This document shows positions 34,335 to 43,864 of a stretch of DNA of 64,000 nt, one piece after another (the stretch's first letter is position 1; each line of letters begins with the position of its first letter). Below the pieces are notes generated by a model. It was given only the letters and a program-made list of their open reading frames with translations. It searched no databases and was not told the DNA's origin. The translations under genes and the position numbers were made by a program. The stretch comes from a virus (Duplodnaviria > Caudoviricetes), in IMG/VR virus record IMGVR_UViG_3300038412_000035, positions 3,628 to 67,627 of that record, one strand, 5' to 3'.

Positions 34335-34940
34335 ATGGTTGATAGCTCGACAGGCGGCTTTCTCGCCCCAACAACCACACTACCAATTGAAGATGCCACT
34401 CTTGATAGCGCGCTTCAGGCTTTGGTCGTTGGGGTTGTTGGGCTTGCGGGGAACCTTGTGCGCCCGCGATGGCAGCTTGTTCCTGTCGTTATGCCTGAAG
34501 CGACAACTGATTGGTGCGCAATCGGCGTCGTTGATGAAGATCCAGAACCAAACATCTCGATGGTTCATGTCGCTGCCGGAAATGGATCTTCAACATCAAT
34601 CGACAACGATATCATCTCAGTGCTCGCCAGCTTCTATGGGCCGAATGCGAGAGGCAACGCGAAACTTCTGCGCACTGGCCTTATGATTGCTCAGAACAGA
34701 GAGACCCTGCTACATCAGGGATTGGCTCTGATGGAAATCCCTGGCAAGTCTTTGTTTGTGCCGGTGATTGTGAATGAACAAACATATCGTCGTGTTGATC
34801 TGCCTTTGCGTTTCCGTCGCCGCACTCAGATTGGTTGGGCCATCCTCAATCTGCTTTCTTTGGATGGTACGCTTTCAACTGACACTGCGGGCGATGATCA
34901 GCTTCTGACGCCACACTCAACCAACCCACTCATCCCATGA
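34335..34940 (+). CDS. Tail terminator / neck protein
   Basis: VRPRWQ..FYGP; position before the sheath. Confidence 0.7.
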   Translation: MVDSSTGGFLAPTTTLPIEDATLDSALQALVVGVVGLAGNLVRPRWQLVPVVMPEATTDWCAIGVVDEDPEPNISMVHVAAGNGSSTSIDNDIISVLASFYGPNARGNAKLLRTGLMIAQNRETLLHQGLALMEIPGKSLFVPVIVNEQTYRRVDLPLRFRRRTQIGWAILNLLSLDGTLSTDTAGDDQLLTPHSTNPLIP

Positions 34941-34950
34941 GGAACTGATC

Positions 34951-36465
34951 ATGTCCGCTATCACAGTCGATGTCAGTGATTTCGTCAATGTTGGAGTGGC
35001 CTTCACTCCACTCGCTGTTCCGTTTGAGAATTTCGGAACACTGATGATCATGGGTGACTCGAATGTCATCGACGTCACTCAGAGGTATCGTCAGTATTCA
35101 AACATCCTTCAGGTTGGCTCTGACTTCTCCAATGGCTCGCCGGAATATCTCGCGGCTGAGCTGTTCTTCTCTCAGTCGCCTCAACCATCAATCGTCTACA
35201 TCGGTCGCTGGGCGAGCAGCGCGACAGCCGGCCTGCTTCATGGCGCTCAGCTGACCGCGACGCAGCAGACACTCACGAATTTCACCGCCATCACAAGCGG
35301 CTCATTCCACATCTCGATTGATGGTGTTGCGAAAGATATCACAGGTCTGAACTTCTCTGCTTCGCTCAATCTCAATGGTGTCGCTTCAATCATTCAGAGC
35401 GCTCTGGTCGCTGCTTTCAATCCTGGGGTGACTTGCACCTGGGATGCGAACTACGGGCGGTTCAACATCACATCAAGCACCACCGGCGCCACATCGAGCG
35501 TCAGCTATGGTTCGACAATCAGCATCCTCGGAACAAACACTGATTCATCAACGCTGCTCGGCCTGACGTCAGCTTCTGGCGCTTCTGCGCCTGTGCCTGG
35601 CATGGCCGCTGAGACGGCGCTTTCTGGTGTTGAGGCTCTTGCTAATGCCTCTTCGGCGTGGTATGGTTTGATGGATGCGACAACTGTCGCTCTTCAGACA
35701 GCAGACTACACCGCCATCGCCGCCTACATCCTCGCTTCCTCGCGCACGCGCATCTTTGGGACAACCATCCAGAATACAGCCTGCCTCGATCCGACACAGA
35801 CAAATGATCTGGCGAGCACGCTTCAGGCGCTGAACAACAAGCGTGTCTTCTGGATCTACTCTGGGTCAAACAAGTACGCTGTGGCGACGATGTTTGGTCG
35901 TGGATTCACAGTGGACTTCACCGCAAACAATTCAGCCATCACTCTCGCCTACAAGCAGGCTCCTGGTTTGGTTGGTGAGAACCTCAATGAGACTCAGTTC
36001 GCCACGCTCATCGCGAAGGGCGGCAGCGTCAACATCAAGGTCAACAACGGTGCGGTGATGCTGTGGAATGGTCAGATGTCGAATGGTTATTGGTTTGATG
36101 AGGTTCAGGGCGTCGATTGGTTGCAAAACCAGATCCAGACAGATGTCTTCAACCTTCTCTACACAATCACAACCAAGGTTCCTCAGACAGATCAGGGATC
36201 GGACCTGATTGCGAACGCCATCGCTCAGGCATGCGAAGCCGGCATCCACAATGGTCTTGGTGCTCCTGGCGTTTGGAATGCTGCTGGCTTCGGAATGCTC
36301 GCTCAGGGCGGCACTCTGTCGAAAGGATACTACATATATTATCCGCCAGTCGCGACGCAGGCTGAGGCGGACAGGATGGCGAGAAAGTCAGTGCCGTTCC
36401 AAGTCGCATTCAAACTCGCCGGTGCGGTTCAGACAGCGAACATCACGCTGAACGTCAATCCCTGA
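34951..36465 (+). CDS. Contractile tail sheath (DUF3383)
   Basis: PEY.AA..FFSQSPQP..IGRW; DEVQG.DWL. Confidence 0.9.
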   Translation: MSAITVDVSDFVNVGVAFTPLAVPFENFGTLMIMGDSNVIDVTQRYRQYSNILQVGSDFSNGSPEYLAAELFFSQSPQPSIVYIGRWASSATAGLLHGAQLTATQQTLTNFTAITSGSFHISIDGVAKDITGLNFSASLNLNGVASIIQSALVAAFNPGVTCTWDANYGRFNITSSTTGATSSVSYGSTISILGTNTDSSTLLGLTSASGASAPVPGMAAETALSGVEALANASSAWYGLMDATTVALQTADYTAIAAYILASSRTRIFGTTIQNTACLDPTQTNDLASTLQALNNKRVFWIYSGSNKYAVATMFGRGFTVDFTANNSAITLAYKQAPGLVGENLNETQFATLIAKGGSVNIKVNNGAVMLWNGQMSNGYWFDEVQGVDWLQNQIQTDVFNLLYTITTKVPQTDQGSDLIANAIAQACEAGIHNGLGAPGVWNAAGFGMLAQGGTLSKGYYIYYPPVATQAEADRMARKSVPFQVAFKLAGAVQTANITLNVNP

Positions 36466-36501
36466 TCCGTCTAATCGCATCACCCTTTAGGAGATCAACC
36501 A

Positions 36502-36972
36502 ATGTCCGTCCAGTTCGGAACATACTCTTTCCTTGATGTGAATGCGTCAATCTCTGGTCCTGGAGGCACATTCAGCCTCTCTGGTGCCGGATTGTCTGAT
36601 GAAGGCATCACAGTCGCTCCAGCAACAGACAAGAACGTGATGAGCATCGGCGCCAATGGCGATGGGATGCACTCGCTGAGAGCGACAACTGCTGTTCGGT
36701 TGACTGTGTCGCTCTTGAAGACTGGGAATGGAAATGCCCAGCTCAATGCGTTGTACCGCAGTCAGTCAATGTCGTCAGCGTACTGGGGCCAGAATACAAT
36801 CACAGTCACAAACCCGGTTACGGGTGATGTTATCATCTGCACTGGATGCGCTTTCGTCAAACAAACAGACCTTGGCTACAGAAGTGAAGGCGGATCGAAC
36901 GTTTGGGCTTTCGACTGTATCGCCAGTGAGCAAATCCTGGGCGATAGCTACCAGACGCAGGGCGGCGTCTAA
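36502..36972 (+). CDS. Tail tube protein (DUF3277)
   Basis: YSF.DV..G..EGI..M.IGA.G.GMHSL. Confidence 0.85.
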   Translation: MSVQFGTYSFLDVNASISGPGGTFSLSGAGLSDEGITVAPATDKNVMSIGANGDGMHSLRATTAVRLTVSLLKTGNGNAQLNALYRSQSMSSAYWGQNTITVTNPVTGDVIICTGCAFVKQTDLGYRSEGGSNVWAFDCIASEQILGDSYQTQGGV

Positions 36973-37030
36973 GCCTTCGGCCTATAGGCTTTTCGGCTTG
37001 TGGAATGCCGTGGGAGCGCTTGCGCCGCCC

Positions 37031-37131
37031 GGCGATTATAGGGTGGGCCGGTACTACCCTAGCGGCGAAAAAGATGGGGCGTAGGCGGCCGTTTCTAGGG
37101 CCGCGCGAGGCTATCTGAAATAGGGGTGAAA
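37031..37131 (+). promoter_or_regulatory. 101-bp conserved upstream element, copy B
   Basis: 83/101 identity to 16207..16307; abuts ATG 37132. Confidence 0.7.
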
Positions 37132-37605
37132 ATGGGGTCATTCTCTCTCAATGGGTCCACATACAGGACTACAGAGAAGGGCAAGTTGAATGGTTTCGTT
37201 CAACTCGCAATCTTCACGAAGTTGATGCCGCTGCTCGCAGCTGGCGCTGGTGAGTTGGCTCCGCTTATCACTGAGCTAAGGGCGAAGGGCTTTTCAGGCA
37301 TGGCATCCATGCCTCTTGAACATCTCGGCCAGATCATCACACCAGTCGCTCGCGAGTTTGCGAAGATGACTGAAGAAGATCGGCGCTTCATTGTTGGATC
37401 TTGCCTCGCTGCAGTTGAGCGGAAACAGGACGGAAAGGAAGGCTGGCACACAGTTTGGAATAAAGAGGCCCAGCGAGCGATGTTTGATGACATCAATGAT
37501 GATCTATCAGTCATGCTCCGCATAACACTCTTCGTCCTTAGTGAGACATTCGCCCCTTTTTTGCCCGCAAGCCTCTCCAATTTGCTAGGAGAGGTTCTTC
37601 ACTAG
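37132..37605 (+). CDS. Tail assembly chaperone (lambda G-like position)
   Basis: Between tube and tape measure genes. Confidence 0.8.
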   Translation: MGSFSLNGSTYRTTEKGKLNGFVQLAIFTKLMPLLAAGAGELAPLITELRAKGFSGMASMPLEHLGQIITPVAREFAKMTEEDRRFIVGSCLAAVERKQDGKEGWHTVWNKEAQRAMFDDINDDLSVMLRITLFVLSETFAPFLPASLSNLLGEVLH

Positions 37606-37802
37606 CCTTTGATGCTGTCAGGTTCCCAAATAATGAGGATTGGCTGCTCAGGCCTGTCCTTGAGGGGATGTGTAAGTATGAGAGTTTGAAGGACGGCACG
37701 CTTGATTTATCAGACATCGCGTTGATGAATGATGCTCTTGACGCGAGGAATGAGAACAACGAGCGTGCTAGATTAGCCTCTCAAGCTCAGAGCGGCAGGT
37801 GA
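37554..37802 (+). CDS. -1 frameshift extension of the tail chaperone (GT-like product)
   Basis: Slippery C CCT TTT / T TTT TTG at 37554-37563; -1 frame open 82 codons encoding EDWLLRPVLEGMCKYESLKDGTLDL.DIALMNDAL. Confidence 0.75.
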   Translation, partial: PFFARKPLQFARRGSSLAFDAVRFPNNEDWLLRPVLEGMCKYESLKDGTLDLSDIALMNDALDARNENNERARLASQAQSGR

Positions 37803-37819
37803 TGGGGTTGTGATCGCTC

Positions 37820-40048
37820 ATGGCTGAAACAATCAAAGAGTTTCTTGTCTCACTTGGTTGGGACTTCTCTCAAGAGAGGCATCGCCGCTTTGTAGAGGCA
37901 ATGCGCACTGCGCAGCTTCAGGCGATACTTTTGGCTGATGCACTTGAGGCTCTTGCCCGCAAAGCCTGGGAGTCAGTTGAAGATATTGCTTCTGCCTTTG
38001 ATAGGCTTTATTTCTCATCACAGCGTACAGGCGCCACAGCTTCAACAATCAGAGATTTTGGCTATGCGGTCAAACAACTCGGCGGATCAGCCGAGGCAGC
38101 CCAAGCCTCTCTGGAAGCGATGGGGCAGAAGCTCCGTGAAAATCCTGCAAACATCGGATATTTGAACAAGCTTGGCTTTGGTCTAAACAAGATCACAGGC
38201 CATCTTGAAGTTCAGAAAGACCTTCTGGAACACTTCCAGAAAATGCCGATGGCAGTCGCAGAACAGTATCGCTCGCTCGCTGGCGAGGATGAGCGAACGT
38301 TCCTTGCGATGCGCAATCCAAATCTCCTCACTTACATGAATCAAAGTGAGGATATGCGCAAGCGTCTCGGCTTCGATCCTGATCAGGCAGCGCGAGACGC
38401 AAACAAGTTCATGACTGTTTGGCGCGGCGTTCACGCGCGCCTCAGCACTATTGCTGATGACCTTCTCACAAAATTGATGGCGGCTCTGACTGGTCCTTTC
38501 GAGGAATTCCAGAAGTTCATTGACGCCAATGGGAAGGAAATCAGTGACGACATCAACACCATCGCTGATTCTCTCGGCAAGATGGCTGATGGTTGGGTTA
38601 AGTCATTTGAAGCGATGCTTAAGGATCCAAATTCATTCAAAGACTTCCAGAACACTATGCATGATATCGCCAATACAATCAAGCGTATGGCTGATCACTT
38701 CCACAACTTCATTGAGGATTTGAAGTGGTTCAATGATCCAAGCACAGGCTTGGGTCTTGGGCGCACACTGAATCGCCTCACAGGCCAAGAACCATCAACT
38801 GGTTGGTTTGGGAAAGGCGGCGTGTTTGAGCATGGGACTGGCTTTGATGAGCAAGGAACAGTCAAGGCTCTGAATGAAGAGAAGTCAGGCGGCGGAATAG
38901 GCGGCAAGATCAGCGGCTGGTGGAAGCGAACAGCGCCGACTTGGTTGGGTGGAGGCTCAGCTGAGAATGGAAGCGGAATTGGAACTTCAAATGGTAATGT
39001 CGGTTCTTGGTGGACGCCTGATAGAATGAACCACGCAATAGAAAGATTGCAGAAAGAGGCAGGGCTTTCACAGATCGGCGCTGCTGGCTTGGTTGCTCGA
39101 TGGGCAGGGATTGAATCAAGGTCTGGCCCTACAGCAGTCAATCCAAGAAGCGGCGCTTTCGGTATAGGACAGTGGCTTGGTTCTAGGCTACCTGGTATCA
39201 ATGGCAATACTGATTATGATGATCAGTTGACTTATGCTATCAATGAGCTCAACACATCTGAGAAGAAGGCTAGAGACAGACTGCGATCTGCTACAACGAA
39301 AGGCGACGCAGCTATTGGCGCTTCAATGTTTGAAAGAGCAGAAGGCTTTAATGGGGAAACAGACAATTTTACAGAAAGAACCCCTGTAGGGTCAGTCTTG
39401 AATGCAATTGGAGTTAAGGGAGTTGGTGATGGAGATTTCGTCATAGGTGATAGCATAGGCGTCGGCCTAGAAGGTGCTGGTAAGGCATCTGGAGCGGCGC
39501 GCGTCGGCGCAAATCCTAAATCTGTCTATGATTTTATTGGCGCCCTTACAAAGAACAGACTTGCTGGTCGCAGAATAATTCTATCAACTGGATCATCAAA
39601 TGATCCATCTCAAGTTGCATTCGTCGCCAAGCAACTTCAGCGCCTTAAGGATATGGGCGTTGATATGAAGAACGTCAGAGTTATTGGTGTTGGTGATCGA
39701 GGCGACTTTGCTGGCCTGAATGATCAGATAATGAAGTATGCATCTGATGCCGGTGCTACATTCGTCCCTCTTGGTCCTACAGGTTCAGATCACATTCACC
39801 CAACTGGCAAAGGCTATTATGATTTGTGGAATAGAATTCCAGCCATGTCTGTTGGAAGTATTCCATCAAGTTCGCCTCTTGGCGGAAACACATCTGATTC
39901 AAGTGGCAACAATGTCACCGTCCATCAGACAAACACATTCAACGTCGATGGAGCAAATGATCCTTCAATCGTCGCTCACATGGTCGCATCCAACCAGAAT
40001 AGAACCAATCAGGACATGACGCGCTATATGATTGGTGCCTTGCCTTGA
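37820..40048 (+). CDS. Tape measure protein with tail-lysozyme-like and SGNH hydrolase domains
   Basis: IKEFLVSLG N-terminus; AG..A....ES..P..N..GAFGIGQW; GDS..G..GSSND..DHIH. Confidence 0.85.
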   Translation: MAETIKEFLVSLGWDFSQERHRRFVEAMRTAQLQAILLADALEALARKAWESVEDIASAFDRLYFSSQRTGATASTIRDFGYAVKQLGGSAEAAQASLEAMGQKLRENPANIGYLNKLGFGLNKITGHLEVQKDLLEHFQKMPMAVAEQYRSLAGEDERTFLAMRNPNLLTYMNQSEDMRKRLGFDPDQAARDANKFMTVWRGVHARLSTIADDLLTKLMAALTGPFEEFQKFIDANGKEISDDINTIADSLGKMADGWVKSFEAMLKDPNSFKDFQNTMHDIANTIKRMADHFHNFIEDLKWFNDPSTGLGLGRTLNRLTGQEPSTGWFGKGGVFEHGTGFDEQGTVKALNEEKSGGGIGGKISGWWKRTAPTWLGGGSAENGSGIGTSNGNVGSWWTPDRMNHAIERLQKEAGLSQIGAAGLVARWAGIESRSGPTAVNPRSGAFGIGQWLGSRLPGINGNTDYDDQLTYAINELNTSEKKARDRLRSATTKGDAAIGASMFERAEGFNGETDNFTERTPVGSVLNAIGVKGVGDGDFVIGDSIGVGLEGAGKASGAARVGANPKSVYDFIGALTKNRLAGRRIILSTGSSNDPSQVAFVAKQLQRLKDMGVDMKNVRVIGVGDRGDFAGLNDQIMKYASDAGATFVPLGPTGSDHIHPTGKGYYDLWNRIPAMSVGSIPSSSPLGGNTSDSSGNNVTVHQTNTFNVDGANDPSIVAHMVASNQNRTNQDMTRYMIGALP

Positions 40049-40770
40049 CAGCCCAGCTAACAGCAGCAACAACCTTCGGATCGCTCATCGGCGATGTGAT
40101 AGGGAATGTTGCGCTTGCGATGACTGGCGATAGGGTGATTGGTGATCTTTATCCTCACATCGTGATGGAAGAGGTTCACGAAGACAGGCTTCAGATCACA
40201 GTCCATCCAATTGAGACTGGAACGCCAGTCACAGATCACGCTTTCCCGATGCCCTACACTGTCGAGATTAGGTGTGGTTGGTCGAATAGCACCGCTGCGA
40301 CGGAAGGCTTTGTCCAGGCAGTCTATCAGCAACTGCTTCAGCTTCAGGCATCTCGCGTTCCATTTTCAATCAGGACAGGCAAGCGCCCTTACACATCGAT
40401 GTTGATGGCTTCATTGGGTGTCAAGACTGATTCTGACAGCGAATTTTCTCTGATGGTTATTATCTTCGCTCAGCAGATTGTAATCACAAATACCCAAACA
40501 ACCAGCGCTTCATCGTCGCCTATGACTGGAGGCTCTTCCCAGATAGGCTCTGCGCCCGTAGGAACGGGCGGCGTAGGGAAGCCGGGTGAGCTTGGTACGC
40601 CGATTGACGGAGGGGCAAGCCCTGCCCCGGCAGGCTCTGTTACGCCTGATAGCACAGGCGCGATCACATGGCCGAATGATCCGGCACTGACTGGTACTCT
40701 TCTTCTCACACCATCAACCAGTGCTCCGAGTTGGACTGATGTGAACAATTCAGTTGGAGCGCTGCCGTGA
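40045..40770 (+). CDS. Dit-like baseplate/tail initiator
   Basis: E.H.D.L.IT.HPIE.G..VTDHA. Confidence 0.75.
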   Translation: MTAQLTAATTFGSLIGDVIGNVALAMTGDRVIGDLYPHIVMEEVHEDRLQITVHPIETGTPVTDHAFPMPYTVEIRCGWSNSTAATEGFVQAVYQQLLQLQASRVPFSIRTGKRPYTSMLMASLGVKTDSDSEFSLMVIIFAQQIVITNTQTTSASSSPMTGGSSQIGSAPVGTGGVGKPGELGTPIDGGASPAPAGSVTPDSTGAITWPNDPALTGTLLLTPSTSAPSWTDVNNSVGALP

Positions 40771-41078
40771 GCGTATATGAGATAAAGCTCACGCCTGATC
40801 CGCAGGTGATTGTTGTCCAATTCCCAAGCGGCACATTCTATGAGCTGCGCTTTCTCTATCAGTTCACGCCTGATGATTGCTGGACGGTTGATATAAATGA
40901 CATATCAGGCAACCCGATTGTTTGTGGCATCCCGCTTGTGACTGGCGCTGATCTGCTAGCACAATATGAATATCTTGGTTTTGGTTGCTCGTTGTATTGT
41001 ACGACAGATGGTGATGTGACTGCTGTGCCGAAGTTCTACAACCTTGGCGACACCGCTCATCTTTGGATGAGTGTGTAA
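40767..41078 (+). CDS. Baseplate protein
   Basis: W..DI.D..G..IV.GIPLVTG.DLLAQY. Confidence 0.75.
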   Translation: MSVYEIKLTPDPQVIVVQFPSGTFYELRFLYQFTPDDCWTVDINDISGNPIVCGIPLVTGADLLAQYEYLGFGCSLYCTTDGDVTAVPKFYNLGDTAHLWMSV

Positions 41079-42055
41079 TGTCTCAGAACTATCTCAGGGC
41101 TTGCCACATATTCATCGCCGCTCTCGGCAAGACGTACACTTGCGACTTTGATAGCATTCGCCTTCGCTTCTCAATCAAACAAGCGACAGTCGCAGTTCCA
41201 AATACAGCGACAATTCGCCTAACAAACATGAACAGGAAGTCTGCCGAACAGCTGTGCAAAAACCCTAGCAGCGAAGGGACGTTTGTATCAATCTCCGCAG
41301 GCTATCAAGGCAATGAGGGGATGATCTTTCAAGGCCACATTGTCCGCCCGATCTATGGCCGCGAAAATCCAACAGACACTCTTTGTCAAATACTCTGCAC
41401 AGATGGCAATCAGGCAATGAGTCATGCGACGGTAAACAAGGCGCTTCCTCCTGGCTCTACACCAAAGGATCATCTGAACGTCGCAATACAGGCAATGAAG
41501 AAATACGGAGTCAACCTTGGGTTTGTTGGTCCTAATGTCGATCTATCAACGCCAACTTATCCTCGCTCTGTGTCTCTCTTCGGAATGGCGCGGCAGTTGA
41601 TTGATGACATTGCCCATTCCAAAGGCGCGACATGGGGGATTCAGAACCTAGCAGTCAATATGCTGAAGCCATCTGATTCGATACCTGGTGGAGCATTTGA
41701 ACTCAACTCACAAACAGGCTTGATTGGTATGCCGACGCTTACTCCTGATGGGGTGTATGTTAGGACGCTGATCAATCCGCAGATGAAGATTGATAGCCTA
41801 GTTCACATAGATCAATCACTGATCCAAGGCTATCTTCCCTCGCTTGGTCCAACAGGTGAAATCAATCCTCAGTTTGGGAGCGGCGCTCCAATAGCGTCAA
41901 TTGCGGCTGACGGCATCTATCGCATCGTCAAGATCGATGTCGAAGGCGATACAAGAGGTCAGCCATGGTACATGGACATGCTTGTTTTGAAGCCTGGTGA
42001 GACGACGCCTGTGTCTATTGACGCCGCTGGCGGCCAAGCAAGGTACACTCAATAA
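41078..42055 (+). CDS. Baseplate hub protein
   Basis: PN.A.I...N; ISAGY; GLIG.P; G.Y. Confidence 0.8.
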   Translation: MSQNYLRACHIFIAALGKTYTCDFDSIRLRFSIKQATVAVPNTATIRLTNMNRKSAEQLCKNPSSEGTFVSISAGYQGNEGMIFQGHIVRPIYGRENPTDTLCQILCTDGNQAMSHATVNKALPPGSTPKDHLNVAIQAMKKYGVNLGFVGPNVDLSTPTYPRSVSLFGMARQLIDDIAHSKGATWGIQNLAVNMLKPSDSIPGGAFELNSQTGLIGMPTLTPDGVYVRTLINPQMKIDSLVHIDQSLIQGYLPSLGPTGEINPQFGSGAPIASIAADGIYRIVKIDVEGDTRGQPWYMDMLVLKPGETTPVSIDAAGGQARYTQ

Positions 42056-43509
42056 TGGATCTGATCCGCCTTAAAGGTCTGGCTGCTCGCGATAACAGCG
42101 CCTTGCGTGAGGCTGTTCTTGGCATCATCAAGCATGTTTGGACGTCTGTCCCAGCAATCATCACCAAGGACAGTGATGGTCATATAGCCACAGCGCAGAG
42201 CGCAATCAAGGCAGCAATCATACTCACAGACGGCACTAAACAGACTGTTGAGATGCCTTTGCTTGATACATCTCCTGTTCACTTCCCTGGCGGTGGCGGA
42301 GTCACTCACACCCATCCAGTCAAAAAGGGTGATGAAGGTCTGGTTCTGTTTTCGACGCTTCCTCAAGATCAGTGGCACAAGGAAGGCGGCGTTCAAGACC
42401 CAATTGATATGCGGCGCAACCATCTCTCTGATTCGCGTTGGTTGCCTGGTGGGCGTTCTGATCCGAGAAAGCTCAACCCTCCACCATCTACAACCAGCCA
42501 GCAGAACAGGGCTGATGATGGAACTCACGTCTGGGATTTGCATCCAACCAATGGCTTGACTGCTGCTTCAAAGTCAAAGCACCTTGTGATTGTTGGCGGA
42601 TCAAGCGGCTCAGGCACGCTCCATACCCCAGGGCAAATACTCAAGAACGCTGCTCAAGTCTTGATCAACTGCGTTCAGCAATCACCGCTTCCTCCACCAG
42701 GCAATAGCTTCGCCAATCGCAAGTTGATTGCTCTGAAGCCAATTGGGGCGACTTCTTCGATTGGATCGACAATCGCAAGCGCGATGAGTAGTGTCCTTTC
42801 AGGAGGGCAAGGCGCGATCTTCTCCAACCCGATTGCGTCTCAATCATCTTCTCTTCAAACAGCAATCACAAACGCAGTCTCTAGCCTCACAGGCGTCGCA
42901 GGCTCAAGCTCACTCGTAACGGCGCTGACCGGAACTGGTCAACTGTCTGCTGCTGTTACAAGCAACAACAACGCATCGTCGTTTATGTCTGGATCAGCAA
43001 CAACAGGCGGCACATACGGATTGCAGGATTTGATCAATCATGCTCAGAACCTCTCTCAGTTTTGGGGATCAATCACACCGCCTGCTTCTGTTGCGTTGAA
43101 CACTGCTATGGGCCCGCTCCTGAGCGGAGCGGCGCTCAGCAGCATAACGACGCAGCTGAATGCGTTGATTGCTTCCGTTGTTGCTACAACCACTACAGTC
43201 GCTTCTGCGACGACAACAGTCAATGGTTGGACGACGCAGATAGCAAGCATTCTCTCATCCGCGAATACAGCAATCTCAACTCTCGCAAGCAGTGCTACAG
43301 CAATGAGCCTGGTTCTTCAGGCAGCGAGCCTCGGCGCAAGCCTTGATCCGAATGAGGCTGCGGTCGGCAATGCCATCGCCGGTGCAAACCTTACACCTTT
43401 GATTGCGGCAGTTCAAAGCCTATTCTCTTTGTCTGGATCTGGTCTGGCATCAGCTCAATCATTCCCTGATTCATCTGCCACATCCAGCGGCGCGACAGGA
43501 GGGATGTGA
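42055..43509 (+). CDS. Baseplate spike (Gp138/GpV-like) with long Ala/Ser/Thr-rich extension
   Basis: PV.FP.GGG..T.PVKKGDEG..F..R.HLSD. Confidence 0.75.
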   Translation: MDLIRLKGLAARDNSALREAVLGIIKHVWTSVPAIITKDSDGHIATAQSAIKAAIILTDGTKQTVEMPLLDTSPVHFPGGGGVTHTHPVKKGDEGLVLFSTLPQDQWHKEGGVQDPIDMRRNHLSDSRWLPGGRSDPRKLNPPPSTTSQQNRADDGTHVWDLHPTNGLTAASKSKHLVIVGGSSGSGTLHTPGQILKNAAQVLINCVQQSPLPPPGNSFANRKLIALKPIGATSSIGSTIASAMSSVLSGGQGAIFSNPIASQSSSLQTAITNAVSSLTGVAGSSSLVTALTGTGQLSAAVTSNNNASSFMSGSATTGGTYGLQDLINHAQNLSQFWGSITPPASVALNTAMGPLLSGAALSSITTQLNALIASVVATTTTVASATTTVNGWTTQIASILSSANTAISTLASSATAMSLVLQAASLGASLDPNEAAVGNAIAGANLTPLIAAVQSLFSLSGSGLASAQSFPDSSATSSGATGGM

Positions 43510-43510
43510 G

Positions 43511-43864
43511 ATGAGGGTGCGTATCCTCGACAGCAATGGTGATATGAGCTTCGGCCACTCGCTTGCGGATTACTACATCAATGATCCGAAGGGCGTTGGC
43601 CAGACTGTATCAACCAGGCTAAGGTTGTGGAAGGGGCAGTGGTTCCTGAACACTCAAGATGGCACGCCATGGATGACTGAGGTGCTTGGGAAGTACACAG
43701 GCAATCTTCGCGATGCGGCGATTCAAGATCGCATCTATGGAACACCAGGCGTCCTTGGCATCGCGGCGTATGATTCATCGCTCGCTCGCCAGCAAAGGGC
43801 GTGGGATGTTCATGCTACAATCAATACCACATACGGGCAATTCCAGCTTGCAGGTCCGATCTGA
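43511..43864 (+). CDS. Baseplate wedge subunit
   Basis: R.LD..GD..FG..RL.LW.G.WFL..GTPW. Confidence 0.8.
   Translation: MRVRILDSNGDMSFGHSLADYYINDPKGVGQTVSTRLRLWKGQWFLNTQDGTPWMTEVLGKYTGNLRDAAIQDRIYGTPGVLGIAAYDSSLARQQRAWDVHATINTTYGQFQLAGPI

Noticed and set aside
36968-37000. Intrinsic terminator after the tail tube gene
   Set aside because: Only a 6-bp stem with a 9-nt loop and a short U run; too weak to call.
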